Shown here one piece after another: positions 14,504 through 27,992 of a stretch of DNA of 64,000 nt; position 1 is the first letter of the stretch; each line of letters begins with the position of its first letter. Under the pieces are notes generated by a model. That model was given only the letters and a program-made list of their open reading frames with translations, did no database searches and had not been told where the DNA came from. The translations under genes were made by a program, and so were the position numbers. Source of the DNA: Octopus vulgaris (Eukaryota); contig OX597816.1 in the NCBI GenBank assembly GCA_951406725.2, positions 148,924,001-148,988,000 on the forward strand, written 5' to 3'.

Positions 14504-15784
14504 CGAGGGGCGTTCAATAAGTAATGCTCCTGACCCACTTCCCATAGCAGTAGAGCAACGAAACTTGGCACAGTTATTAGTCTTTTTCTACATAGGAACC
14601 ACCCAGAGTTACGCATTTCTCCCATCGTTTGATGCAGCTCTGGAGACCGTTTTTGTAGAAGACCCCAGCTTGGTCCTCCAACCACAACGTGACTTCAGAA
14701 ATCAAGCCTGCTCATCTGGGAAACGCTTTCCTTTCAAAAACAACTTCATGGCTGGGAAGAGGTGAAAATCAGAGGGTGCAAGGTCAGGATGGGAGAGGAG
14801 TTCATAGCCGCACGCCTGTGCTTCTGATCTGGCGACACGTGAGTTGTGGACCAGAGCGTTGTCCGGCAGGAGGAGGATGCCTTTGCTGATCTTGCCCTGC
14901 CTCTTGATTTTGATAGCTTCTCTTAATTTCCTCAAAAGTGAAGCATAATAGGCTCCTGTAATTGTGGTACCCTTTGCCAGGAAATCTGTCATCACTACTC
15001 CGTCCTGGTCCCAGAAGACTGTGAGCATGACCTTGCCAGCGGAGGGCTGCACCCTTGCCTTCTTTGGAGAAGGTGAGTCATGGTGCTTCCACTGCATTGA
15101 CTGGGCTTTGGTCTCTGGATCATAGTGATGGACCCAGGTTTCATCCTGTGTAATCATTCTTTTGAAAAATTTTGACTCATCTTCTTGGCACATCTCCAAA
15201 TTCAACCTCGAGCACTCGACACGTTTTTGCTTCTGGAAGGTGTGAGCAACCTGGGAATCCATCTGGCAGACACCTTTTGTATATGCAAATGGTCATGAAT
15301 GATAGTTTCTACAGACCCGGTACTAATCTTGACCTCATGGGCTATTTGGCGAATAGTTGTGCGTCGATCTTCCAAAATGGCAGCCTCAACTTGAGGGACA
15401 GATGCCTCATCAATGGCAGAAGGGTGGGGCGACCAGATCTGGGAGCTGTTTCTATAGAGTTCCGACCATGTTTGAATTCATGATGCCAGCGTTTTACAAG
15501 GTCAAATGATGGGGCATCATCGCCATAAGTTACTTTCATTTCATCAAAAGTCTCCCATGGTGTGAGTCCTTTCAAATACAAAAACCAGATCACTGCTCGA
15601 CACTCAACAGGCTCCATTTCACACTTGACTCAGTTCAAACACCTGTAAATCAGAAACCACAATTAGTTCAGAGCTGTAATTTGCCACTTAATCTATAGAG
15701 ATATAAATAATTGCACATGCAAAATTTCAGCTAGATCAAACAACTGCAAGTGGGTCAGGGGCATTACTTATTGAACGCCCCTCC
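14504..15784 (-). mobile_element. Full-length decayed mariner (DD34D, irritans-like) transposon
   Basis: 37-bp TIRs (cgaggggcgttcaataagtaatgc...) with 2 mismatches, TA on both sides, 1281 bp. Frameshifted transposase with DETWVHHYDPETK, SAGKVMLTVFWD and PDLAPSDFHLF. Confidence 0.97.
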
Positions 15785-15861
15785 TACCTCAAAACACTGC
15801 TCTAGCACTTCATAAAAATGAAACTCTGATAATGATAAAGAACTTTTTACGTAGTCTGTAC

Positions 15862-16070
15862 CTGCATTCAATAAACCATTGCCGTATCTGATCTTGCATT
15901 CTTTCTTTCATGTCAGAACCTTCAACATCTTGAATTCTTTCTTTAACACTAACCAATGCCTGCCGATATTCCTCTTCATGCACTTCCTGTATAGCTCGAC
16001 GTTTCTCCATGGTATTCAATGCAGATGCTACAGCAGTGTTACCTGGGATGTTTGGCAACGGTGGAGGAGT
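15862..16070 (-). CDS. IQCA1: IQCA1/DRC11 exon 7 (TPPPLP...QDQIRQWFIECR)
   Basis: Conserved DQIRQWFIEC motif; taag|...AG|gtacag; phase 0 to 2. Confidence 0.92.
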
Positions 16071-16700
16071 CTTAAATATGGTACAAAAGAGATGAAATTC
16101 AGTGAATTTAAAGATACCATATAGAAGACTACCATACAAATAAAAAAACAGAATTAGTAAATCAGTTCTAGTTGTTTTTGTGTATCTTTAGACTGACTTT
16201 TATGATCTACAAGAATAGTACTACCTCCAGGTTCCATAGCATTAAGCAAGTGAGAAACAGATTTACTGCTACATAGTATGTCAATCTATTCATAAGTAAC
16301 TTTTGTCACAGGAAGATGTAACCTTAGTGCTACATGGCGATGAATCACTCATCAATTCCAGTACAACTACTGTTTGTACTAATCTGTAAGAAATAACAGC
16401 CAAATCTTGCTCAAATCTCATCCTGTCAGCTCAAAAAAGGAAAGACATATTGGACACTGAAGTCCTAAATATACAAAATTATGGGAAGGTCACAGTGAGA
16501 ATACATTTGATCACAGAACTGCTCAGCTGGGCTTAACCTGGGGATAAATAACAACAATCACCTAATTAGGGTAAGCTAAGTAGACTTTATGGTTTACTCA
16601 AAAGAAAACGGACAGTGCCCATGATTTTTTGGTTGGCCTCGAATATTGGCTGGGGGAGGAAGGAAGGAACTTAAACTCAAGGGATAAGCATAGATGTCTC

Positions 16701-16743
<43 letters not shown>

Positions 16744-16961
16744 AGAGTTTACGAAAAAAACAAAAGACGAAGACAGGTGGTGTACAAAACAAACTGATGT
16801 ATTAGTATAATGCTCAGGAATAGAAGTCTTTTACGTTTCGAGCCTACGCTCTTCTACAGAAAGGGACACAGAAAAAACAAAGAGAGAAAAAAATGTGTGT
16901 AGTGGCTAACAATCTATCATGGTATTAAGGAATGGAGTAGATAAAATCTGGGCTACATGTC

Positions 16962-17016
<55 letters not shown>

Positions 17017-17029
17017 TGTGTGTGTGTGC

Positions 17030-17103
<74 letters not shown>

Positions 17104-17269
17104 GCCAAAGTTTCACTGTGTGTTGTTGTCTGATGCTTCTAAAATTACCACTTTGGGTGTCATTCAACAGTGTAATATACCTGTCACTTTCTGCTTAACA
17201 AAAATTCTTTCTTGCTCTGAACAAAATCTTTCATTAATTGAAGAGGGGGCTATCTATGACTATCTTAGA

Positions 17270-17640
17270 AAGTCTAAGGAAATGACTAACGTTTTTACTC
17301 CAAAACTATTTTAAACTACACACCAATCAACAACAATCAATCCATTTATATTTGGTTGTAAAAGTATAAGATCGATTGGCACATTGAATAATTATTCTAC
17401 AATAATGACATTCAACATATTCCTGGTAAAGACAACATGACTGCTGTTGTTCTTACCAGATGCTTCTCTTTAACACCTTCTCCTGGAATCATAAATTCTA
17501 TGTCATTTTGAAGAATGACTCAATTATGACACTATGTCAGATCTAAGAACTTGCCATTTTCTTTGAAAGATGTGAAAAATTTATGAATGCATAACATACT
17601 TTAAATTAAAACTATGATTCTACCATCTAGTTCATAACAA
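17270..17640 (+). mobile_element. Gypsy-like LTR retrotransposon RNase H remnant
   Basis: IQHIPGKDNMTAVVLTR resembles the IxHxPGKxNxxADALSR motif. Confidence 0.5.
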
Positions 17641-17827
17641 ACACCTTATAGGCGTAGGAGTGGCTGTGTGGTAAGTAGCTTGCTTACCAACCACATGGTT
17701 CCAGGTTCAGTCCCACTGCATGGTACCTTGGGCAAGTGTCTTCTACTATAGCCTCGGGCTGACCAAAGCCTTGTTAGTGGATTTGGTAGACGGAAACTGA
17801 AAGAAGCCCATCGTATATATGTATATG

Positions 17828-17879
<52 letters not shown>

Positions 17880-18163
17880 TTATTTGGAAAAGGACGCGTG
17901 GCGTTCAATCATATAATAACAATTTAATAAATAAAACATATGCATACATACATACATATATGTACATACCTACATCTATATGTATATATACACGCATATA
18001 TGAGTACAGGACACCACAAAAAAACGTAGAACACAACCAGAAATGAAAACATAAAAACAAAACGTGGAAACAGACTTTTTTAACAACGAAAAACAGAGTA
18101 CAAGACATACAACACAAGGAACATTCCCCTTCTTCAGCTGCCCCTGTTTCGATTTATTGCATG

Positions 18164-18223
<60 letters not shown>

Positions 18224-19008
18224 ATATGTTTGTGTGTCTGTGTTTGTCCCCCCAACATTGTTTGACAACCGATGCTGGTGTGTTTACGTCCCCATAACTT
18301 AGCGGTTCAACAAAAGAGACCGATAGAATAAGTACTAGGCTTATAAAGAATAAGTCCTGGGGTCGATGTGCTCAACTAAAGGCGGTGCTCCAGCATGGCC
18401 ACAGTCAAATGACTGAAACAAGTAAAAGAGTAAAAAAGAGTATTATTAGCAGCTACAAAAGTTCTCTACTATTATCTAATTCTCACTATTACTTGGAGTT
18501 ATAGATGAATTCTCATGACTGTCTTTTGGGTTTGTGTGATCAGATATGATAACTCCTACAGTAATTCACCTCTTTCAAAATACAGGGTGTCCATAAAGTC
18601 TCTTTACAATTTCAAAAATTTATTCCAAAGGCAATAGATCGTATATGTTTATCAGGTTTGTTCTATGGACTCAGTGGTTATCAAAGTTTTTAGCTATATT
18701 GCATCTGTGTTTTTCAGGTACCCTGTTGATGGATAAGAGTTGAGCTGGGGCTAACCAATAACACACACAGACCCATATCCATTCTTGAATTAAAAACTAT
18801 CGCCATCATCATTGGGTCAGACAGAATCCATTGTGGAAGATTTTCTTTATCCAGATTCCTTTCTTGACACCAGCTTCCCTATTGGAAGACATGTTTTCAC
18901 ATGAGAATGGAAATGAATGACATCTCTTGTATAATTGTGATACCCAGTTACAACCATCACAAGATGTCAAGACAAGGAGACACAAACACACACTCCACGC
19001 ACACACAT

Positions 19009-19068
<60 letters not shown>

Positions 19069-19475
19069 GCATACATATACCACTTTCGGTTTGGTCTACC
19101 AGATCCAGTCACAAGGCTTTAGTCGACCAAGGGGTTATAGTAGAAGACACTTGACCCAGGTGCCACACAGATAGATTGAACCTGAAACCATATAGTTGAG
19201 AAGTGAACTTCTTGAGCACAAAGTTATATACCAGTGCCTCTTGAATTTAAATAACAACTTTGTTACATCTAATCTAAACAAATGTGAATAAGGAAATGTT
19301 CTTAGATCACTTTCGAATTTCTGCTAAATGTTAGATAGAGAAACACTTTCATCAACAACACTATCTAATTGTTATTAGAAATTAATTAGAATGTTTCAAA
19401 GTTTGGCAAAGTCAGGTTATCACTTCAACCAATAACAAAGCTAAGTTGAAAAACAGAAACAAGAAAATCTCTCAC

Positions 19476-19547
19476 CATTCCCAAGAACTCCAATTCAACA
19501 TTTCTTTCTATTTCTGTCCGCTTTCTCTGCAAGAAACCTTTCCATAC
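19476..19547 (-). CDS. IQCA1: IQCA1/DRC11 exon 6 (VWKGFLQRKRTEIERNVELEFLGM)
   Basis: Completes the IQ motif (IQK|VWKGFLQRKR); ttgcag|...|gtgag; 24 codons, phase 0-0. Confidence 0.9.
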
Positions 19548-19579
19548 CTGCAAACAAATTTCATTATCTATTATTGTCT

Positions 19580-20470
19580 TCTACAGAAATATGACATAAT
19601 CTACATTTACGGTTCCATCTTGGAACTTCAAGGGCTTCACTGTCTTTTTGTTGATTAGGTATTTAGTAACAATCTTCTGTGCTTGGATTGCAGATACATA
19701 GCCTTCGAAGTGTGATGTTATGTAGCAGTAACAAATCCAAGAGAGGCTTTGCTTCATGCCAATATTACTATCTTCTTCAAGTCTTTGAGAAACATAACCC
19801 ATGAATGGTATTTTTTGGTATGTTGAGCATTTCACCTCCAGGTCTTCTTTGAGGTATACTAGTCTGGCTGATTTGGGGTTGTATGGGAGGTCATCAGGAA
19901 GAGAGTGCTTCCTGAGGATCTCACTTCCAACACATAGGATATTTTTTCTTCACTTTTCAGCTAATATATTTATTTTCAGTTAATGTATTTATTTTTGCTG
20001 CTGTTGTTTACTAAGCGCTGTCTGAAAGAAACTGTATGACATTCAAAGGCTGTCTGCACTGATTTCAAGCCCTGCTTCCTTTATCTCCTCTTAGGTAGAG
20101 CCTGTCAATATCACTATTTTTGTAGGGATTTCCAGTTGATGTTAGAATCTTGTAGGTTTTAAAGCCTATGGAGTGGATTTCTTCTGCAGACCAGTCAAGT
20201 ATCCCAAATGTTGGAATCAGCACTGGTATTGCAAATGCATTGTGGAATATTGTCTTGCTGTGAGAGGGGAGTTCAGACTGCCATAGTTTTGTTTGTTGGA
20301 TGTAATATTCTTGGATCACTCTATCTTTATTCAAAGCACCTTGGTATGATGCATTTTCATCAATACCTTGATGCACATGTTTTGTGTCTGAGGGACTGAT
20401 TTTCCTCATTCAACAAGAACATTTGTTCTGGCCAAATTCCATTACTTTGTCAGCTAAAAATGTTATTAAT
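19580..20470 (-). mobile_element. R4/Dong-like non-LTR RT fragment
   Basis: Remnants YQG, AFAIPVL..TFGILDW, DIDRLYL.. and EGYVSAIQ.Q. Confidence 0.7.
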
Positions 20471-20852
20471 TCCAGTTGTTTGTTTGTTTTGCTTGTGTGC
20501 ATGCATGCGTGTATGTGGTTTGTGTGTGTGTGCAGAGAGAGACAGAGACAGAGGGTTATAGCTCGACTAATTAGGAAGAGAGTTCACCTAGATGAGATGC
20601 AGTTTGGTTTTGAGCCAAAAAGAAGCACTACTGATGCTACCTTACTGGTAAAGAAACATCCATTTTCAATGCTGGCATAGAGTGGACAGTTCAACTGGGG
20701 TCAGGAAGCCAGGAGGCTGCACCAGGCTCCAGTCTGATCTGGCAATCTTTCTACAGCTAGATGCCCTTCCTAATGCCAACCACTCCGAGAGTGTAGTGGG
20801 TGCTTTTTTACATGCCACTGGCACAGGGGCCAGAGGGACTGACATATATATC

Positions 20853-21412
20853 TTTCATGTTTGTAGCACACGCGTCTTTGCTAGTATATACGCAGTGAAG
20901 CTATACAATAGCTTCGTATTTATTACGATTGCTATTTTCCAGTAAATATTGGTGCCTTGTTGTACCATTTATTTACTTTTATATGTATAATTTTACCCTT
21001 ACGGGCTATCTTTTACTGGAAAGCAATACTTTCGTATTGCATTATTATTTTCATTGAAACTTCTTCACTGTTCTCGTTCTGTTAACGTTTTGGCATTCAG
21101 ACGAGTGTACTGGCATAGATGTGGCAACATTTGAAATATTGTCTAGGTATATGCAGCTGATGAAGACAAATCAAATCTACGTTGTCAAACGTATTTGAAG
21201 AGTCTGAAACTGGTCCTGCATTATCTGATTCTAGGTTTTCCATTTTCAGATGTTCTTCCTAGAGGTAAAACAAATTTTTTTCATGTTTGTTGCATACACG
21301 CGTCTTTGCTAGTATATACGCAGTGAAGCTATACAATAGCGTCGTATTTATTATGATTGCTACTTTCCAGTAAATATCGGTGCCTTGTTGTACCATTTAT
21401 TTACTTTTATAT
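20853..21412 (+). mobile_element. Retrozyme/Penelope pseudo-LTR-like element: about 426-bp monomer plus 130-bp terminal redundancy
   Basis: 20853-20984 is repeated directly at 21279-21412, flanked by TA runs, with a hammerhead motif in between. Confidence 0.75.
21151..21221 (+). ncRNA. Type I hammerhead ribozyme motif
   Basis: ATGCAG-CTGATGA-AGAC...GTCT-GAAAC-TG-GTC-CTGCAT: 6-bp stem I, intact core, extended stem II, minimal stem III. Confidence 0.8.
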
Positions 21413-21429
21413 ATATATATACATATACA

Positions 21430-22200
21430 TATAAGGAAAATAAGACAAGATAGAAAATGCTAAAATAATTTTATCATGAAGAACATTTTAGTACCGGTTT
21501 CAGTCATTGCGACTTTTTCAACTTAGAGTAAAGTATGAAGAACAATTAAATTGTGGAAAAATTAAATGAAATGTTTTTTAAAAAAATATATTTCCATAGT
21601 TTTCAAATGCAAGGGATATTTTTCCTTATTTCTGCCTGTCTCTGTCTCTCTTTTTTATTCTTGTGGGTTGTAGGAGGTTAGGAGCAGTTAGTTTGATATG
21701 AATTCTTGACTTTGATTGTTTAAGCAGCAGTAGTAGTAGAGAGGGGAGGGGGAGGGGGAGAAAAAGAAGAAGAAGAAGAAGAAGAAGGTGGGAGTGACAT
21801 GACAGTAGCAGGATGTTAATGCAATCCACATAAATGGTCAAGTGACCTAAAAGTGACTCGCTGTGGATGATAGTAGTGATTGAAATCATTCTGAATTAAT
21901 TCTTGGGGTGACTGTTTTGAATATATTATTTTTAATATTTGCGTGGGTGTTATTCTAAGGCCCTGGTGACAGTGTCATTTGTTGTGGATATATTCAAAAG
22001 AGGTTGGTATTTTGTGACAAAGAATGACTCTTTACTAATACACAGACTACAGGTTGTATCGTCTCTGAATTGATAGAGGGGGAAAATTCTGAAGCTTGGT
22101 TGTTTGTTATTGGCGCAAATGTCGATATGTTCACTGAATGCTACTTTTCTGCTTTGGGAAATTTTGATCTGGGATCTGTGCAGAGCCATAGTTATGTTTA
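21430..22200 (-). mobile_element. Penelope-like element 3' fragment (GIY-YIG C-terminus and pseudo-LTR remnant)
   Basis: HRSQI...SEHIDIC...FRIFP...KESFFV.KYQPLLN; degenerate hammerhead-like GAAACCGGTA at about 21490-21500. Confidence 0.7.
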
Positions 22201-22542
22201 TATATTATCAAAAGTATGGAAATTAATGTTATATAAAGTTGTTGACTTGAATTTGATGTTTGTTCTCTAATCAATGTTTTTTATCTCTATCTCAATTTCA
22301 TTTGAGCACTTCTTTTTTTTAGTCATATAAACCCTTTTGTCTCTATAAAAAGAGGCAAAAATTATTTCTTGTCATATATATGTATATATATACATATATA
22401 TGCACACACACACATACTTGCACATAGACAGACACACACACACACACACAAATACTTGCGTTTCCAGAATACACGTGCATATGCACCTAAATGCAACACA
22501 TACATATATAAAGAAATGCATTAACCAGAAAAAAAATGTCAC

Positions 22543-22731
22543 CTTTTGTATCAATAGCGCAGCTAAAAGTCGGCTCATTGCTGGTACTCCTCTAATTTCA
22601 GCCCTTTTCTCTCGTTCTTCTTGTAGCCTTATTTCTTTCATGAACTTTGCTCTTAGTCTCCCTTGTCTTGCTCTTTCATTCATCTGGATGATATGCACAG
22701 CCTCTTCAAAGGTCAACTGAATCATGTCTTT
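22543..22731 (-). CDS. IQCA1: IQCA1/DRC11 exon 5 (EEAVHIIQMNERARQGRLRAKFMKEIR...AALLIQK)
   Basis: IQCA1 signature ERARQGRLRA and first half of the IQ motif; acag|...|gtgac; 63 codons. Confidence 0.95.
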
Positions 22732-22863
22732 CTGTTTTGAAAGACAACAAAAAAAAACATCACCAACAATATCAGTAATTTATCATTGTTAATATATACT
22801 ACCTATGCTCTATTGAAAGCAATCAGTTCTAAAGAATGGGACAAAAAAATCTTTGATAAAGAT

Positions 22864-23810
22864 CATATAAAAAGCACTCATGCTGGTGCCATATAAAAAG
22901 CACTCATGCTGGTACCACATAAAAAGCATTCATGCTGGTGCCACATAAAAAGCACTCATGCTGGTACCACATAAAAAGCACTCATGCTGGTGCCATATAA
23001 AAAGCACTCATGCTGGTACCACATAAAAAGCATTCATGCTGGTGCCACAAAGCATTCATGCTGGTACCACATAAAAAGCATTCATGCTGGTGCCACATAA
23101 AAAGCACTCATGCTGGTACCACATAAAAAGCATTCATGCTGGTGCCACATAAAAAGCACTCATGCTGGTACCACATAAAAAGCATTCATGCTGGTGCCAC
23201 ATAAAAAGCACTCATGCTGGTACCACATAAAAAGCATTCATGCTGGTGCCACATAAAAAGCACTCATGCTGGTACCACATAAAAAGCATTCATGCTGGTG
23301 CCACATAAAAAGCATTCATGCTGGTACCACATAAAAAGCATTCATGCTGGTGCCATATAAAAAGCACTCATGCTGGTACCACATAAAAAGCACTCATGCT
23401 GGTGCCATATAAAAAGCACTCATGCTGGTACCACATAAAAAGCATTCATGCTGGTGCCACATAAAAAGCATTCATGCTGGTACCACATAAAAAGCATTCA
23501 TGCTGGTGCCACATAAAAAGCACTCATGCTGGTACCACATAAAAAGCATTCATGCTGGTGCCATATAAAAAGCACTCATGCTGGTACCACATAAAAAGCA
23601 TTCATGCTGGTGCCACATAAAAAGCACTCATGCTGGTACCACATAAAAAGCATTCATGCTGGTGCCACATAAAAAGCACTCATGCTGGTGCCATGTAAAA
23701 AGCACTCATGCTGGTACCACATAAAAAGCATTCATGCTGGTGCCACATAAAAAGCACTCATGCTGGTGCCTCATAAAGAGCACTCATGCTGGTGCCATGT
23801 AAAAAGCACC
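22864..23810. repeat. 25-bp minisatellite (ataaaaagcaYtcatgctggtRccac), about 38 copies, fused to a SINE body at 23810-23990
   Basis: Direct tandem array; the unit matches the internal repeat of the (GAT)n-tailed SINE family. Confidence 0.97.
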
Positions 23811-24292
23811 CAGTACACTCTATAAAGTGGTTGCCAACAGGATAGGTATCCAGCCATAGAAACCATGGCAGAACAAATAATGGGGCCTGGTGTGACCCCT
23901 GACCTTACCAGCTCCTGTCAAAGTGTCCAACCTATACCAGCATGGTAAATGGATGTTAACTGATGATGATGATGGTGGTGGTGGTGGTGGTGGTGGTGGT
24001 GGTGGTGACGACAACGATTATGATGATGATGGTAGGAATAATGATTTTCCATTTTTGCATAGGTTGGATGTAGACTTCTACGAGGCACATTTTATATTCA
24101 GATCATGTATCTGCCTCCAACCCTTGTTTTTCAAGTAAGGGACTTTTCAGTCCACTTGTCTTTGAAAGTGTAGAGCAACAAGTTATAATCTTAACTGGGA
24201 ATGTCATGGTTTTGCTCAGATGGTGACAAGTAAAGCTGTGGAATGCTGACATTTGACCACAAACGCTTACACACACATATTCACACACATAT

Positions 24293-24373
<81 letters not shown>

Positions 24374-24879
24374 TTCACTCACATATACACACACAAGACA
24401 TGATGGGGCTTCCATGAAATTTCCATTTGTAAATTCCACTCACAACCTATTGGACTACAATTAAAAAGACATTTGCCCAAGATGTCACAGAGTAGGACTG
24501 AACCAAAAACCATATGGTTGCCAATTGAATTATTTAACCACACAGCCATACTTGCAAATCAGTAGTAATTCTGATTTCAAGTTTTGGCACAAGGCCAGTA
24601 AGCTGAGGGGAAGGAATAAATCGATTATGTCAACCCCATTACTCAATAGATACTTATTTTATTAACCCTCAAAAGGATAAAAGATAAAGTCAACCTCATC
24701 AGGATTTGAACCATGAACCTAAGGATGGATGAAATTCTGCCAAGTATTTTGCCTGACATACTAATGAGCCAGCCAGCTCACTGACTTACACCTTAGTAGA
24801 ACCTCTGTTACCTTGGACATAAATTTTCATACACTTAAATTGTGAAAATATTGGTACCAATCCTGGTACTGCACAGCAT

Positions 24880-25500
24880 TATAATAATAATAATAATGAA
24901 ATTATTGTATACAGTGCTCAGGTGCACCACAACTTGTTAAAGTGCGTATAAAGCATATGCAGTAATGTACAAATGTCTGAAAGTGAACAGTATATGAGTC
25001 AGATACATGCTTGCATGTGTATAGAGGGGAGCAAATCAGGTGTAGTGTTGGCAAATCTCAAGAAGCATGGAAGTTTTGAAGGATGCAGTGCTCCAACAAC
25101 TCTAACAACTGACGCCAGCAGTTTGCTCCATGCTCCAGCAACTCTTAGAGGGAAAAAATGTTTCCAAAAGTCATGGGAGCTGTGCTGTTTTCTGACTTTG
25201 TAAACATGTCCACAGGTGTTAGACAGATGGAGTTTGAAAAAGTGCTCAGAGTTATTGTTTGTACGATGGTTAATGATTTTATGGGTGTCTGCCAAGTCAG
25301 CTGCCAGACATCGGAGTTTCAATGTATCCATGCCCAGGGAAGAAAGGCGTTCAGAATATGGCAAATGCCTGATGGAGGGTATTCTCTTGGTTGCACGTCA
25401 CTGAACGGTTTCCAGACAATTAATATCCTGGGCAAGATAGGGGTTCCAGACCAGTGATGCAAATTCCAGGTGAGGCCACACCATAGCTATATAAAGCCAC
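24880..25500 (-). mobile_element. CR1/L2-like LINE 3' end
   Basis: PYSERLSSLGMDTL...DL..THKII...HFF..RV...W..L followed by a short trinucleotide tail. Confidence 0.8.
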
Positions 25501-25866
25501 AGATAGCTTAATTGCACAATTAAGCTTAATTGCACAATATAGCATTAGATGATACTTCACTCAGTTATTCTACTCTACACTATACTGGACCACATTCCTG
25601 TATATTACCCAATAGTGCTACACTACATCACCTAATACTGCACTATAGCTCTAAAGTGTACCATAGGCTTCTATATAACAAATTTATACAGTAGTGCATG
25701 TCTACATAATTACACTAGGCCTGGCTGTGTGGTAAGAAACTTGCTTCCCAATCACATGGTTCTGGTTTCAGTTCCACTGTATGGTACCTTGGGCATGTGT
25801 CTTCTACTATAGCCTCGAGCTGACCAAAGCCTTATGAATGGATTTGATAGAAACTGAAAGAAGCCC

Positions 25867-25899
<33 letters not shown>

Positions 25900-26356
25900 A
25901 CCACCATTTGACAACCAGTTTTGGTATGTTTACATTCCTGTAACATAGCAGTTCAGTAAAAGAGACTGATAGAATAAGTACCAGGCTTAAAAGAAAAAAA
26001 ATAAGTAATGGGGTAGATACTTTCAACAAAAAAAAATTCTTCAAGCGATGCAAATCGTTTGAAGAATTTTTCATGCAAGACAGATCCCATATTGGTGAAA
26101 ACATATATATCAAAACCACCTTGTAAATAAAACTATTTGACATCTTACAAGGATCACAAGCTTATAAGACAAACCTCAATGTTGGGAGGTCCTTTCTTGA
26201 ACCACCATTTTCCAGTTAACTAAACCCTAACCCCATGTTTATAAGGCATAAGTTTGTTTTCTAGGAAGTTTTACTAAGAAAGAAGAGTACATTATAAGTC
26301 AAATATGGTATCTTAAATTTTAAAAATGCATGCAAGAAATCTATGAAGCAACTTAC

Positions 26357-26476
26357 TTTGTCCAAAACTTTGATGCCCAGTTTTGTCAAAATTGAATCCA
26401 ACAAACCTTCTCGATCCTTTAATATTCTCTTCCGTTCCAAGAGAAAGTACTTGGGAATTGGCAGTTCAATGTCATG
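26357..26476 (-). CDS. IQCA1: IQCA1/DRC11 exon 4 (HDIELPIPKYFLLERKRILKDRE...)
   Basis: Conserved IPKYF motif; ttcag|...|gtaagt; 40 codons. Confidence 0.92.
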
Positions 26477-27126
26477 CTGAAACAAAAACACAACAGTTGC
26501 AATATAGTAAGAGAGGACAAGGGGAATAAAATCTGAATGAACTGTGCAATAACTGATAGTAAAAGAAAACATTTTAGAAATGAGTAAACGCTAAAGTAAG
26601 AGCGAAAGACCATTGAAATAACATCAAGCTAGATGAGTAGCATTAACAGGACAATACTAGACTTAATGCCTTGTAGGGTTTACTTCAGTCTTTCCAATAC
26701 TGAGTTCAAATCTTCCTTGGTCAAATGTCTTCTACTATAACATCAGTTTGACCAATACTTTGTAAGTGGAAACTGTGCAGAATCCTATGACATATAAACA
26801 GTGAATCATATTGGTTTCAAATTTTGGCACAAGCCAGTAAGTTTGGGGGAGGGTTAAGTTGATTATATTGACCCCAGTGTTTTTAACTGAAACTTATTTT
26901 ATCAACCTCAAAAGGATGAAAGGCAAAGTTGATCTCAGCAGAATTTTAACTCAGAACGTAAACATAGATGAAATGCTGGAAAGCATTTAGGTTAGCATGC
27001 TAATGATTCTGCCAGCTTGTGGCCTTGAAACACACTCGTATTAAAACAAATACCATCTCAATTCTGGTAGTAGAGAAAATTATATGTAAAACAAGAGAAT
27101 TTTTTTAATCTTTTTAATTTACTTAC

Positions 27127-27363
27127 TGGTGTTAATTTATAATCAGCAAGAATGTCATCAAAATAGTGGAACTCGGAAAATTCCAAGTTCACCATTTCAT
27201 TTTTGAGTTCCAAAATTCTTCCAATGGTAGCATCAAGAACCTGTCTTAACAATTGCCGTTTCTGAGGCTGAACAATTTGATCATAGCATAGTTCTAGATT
27301 TTTATATATCTTGATATATTTCACATACATGGTGGCCAGTTGTTGAAAAGCTATCTTTCGGTC
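27127..27363 (-). CDS. IQCA1: IQCA1/DRC11 exon 3 ([16 protein letters not shown]...[41 protein letters not shown]...)
   Basis: Strong resemblance to the conserved IQCA1 N-terminal block; tgtag|...|gtaagt; 79 codons. Confidence 0.95.
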
Positions 27364-27848
27364 CTACAAAATAAGTATTCAATGCAGTTAGTTATAACTT
27401 AAAAGGCACCTAACAGGTGGAAACATATATAAATATGAACATGTGTGTATATGTGTATGCATGTGTTTACATGTGTATGAAGTGACCATCTCTAGGCAGA
27501 TCTACAGGTGGATCATTATCATCAGCTCTGCAGAGTCCCAGCTACTTATAAATACTCCACCATACTAAAAGTCATCATTATACACCAACATCTTACATAA
27601 TTAAGCAATTAAGTCTCCCACACCAAACACTTTACCCTTTGTGTTGAGTCTTAAATTTTAAGACAATTTGTATCACAGTAGAGAGTGGTCAGTTTGCCAA
27701 AGCTTCATTTGACCAACTGGCATTCTGCCAAAGGTTTGGCGCCCAAACAGAACTGGCGACGACTGTTCAATACCAAAATATATATAATTTGTACATATTA
27801 TAATGAAATTGAAATCTCTCTGTCTGTTCAAAACACTATTAGCTGTGT

Positions 27849-27896
<48 letters not shown>

Positions 27897-27907
27897 ATGT
27901 ATGCCTG

Positions 27908-27992
<85 letters not shown>

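Noticed and set aside
22864-23810. CRISPR-like array
   Set aside because: Contiguous repeats with no unique spacers, no cas genes and a eukaryotic context; the same applies to 8405-8808.
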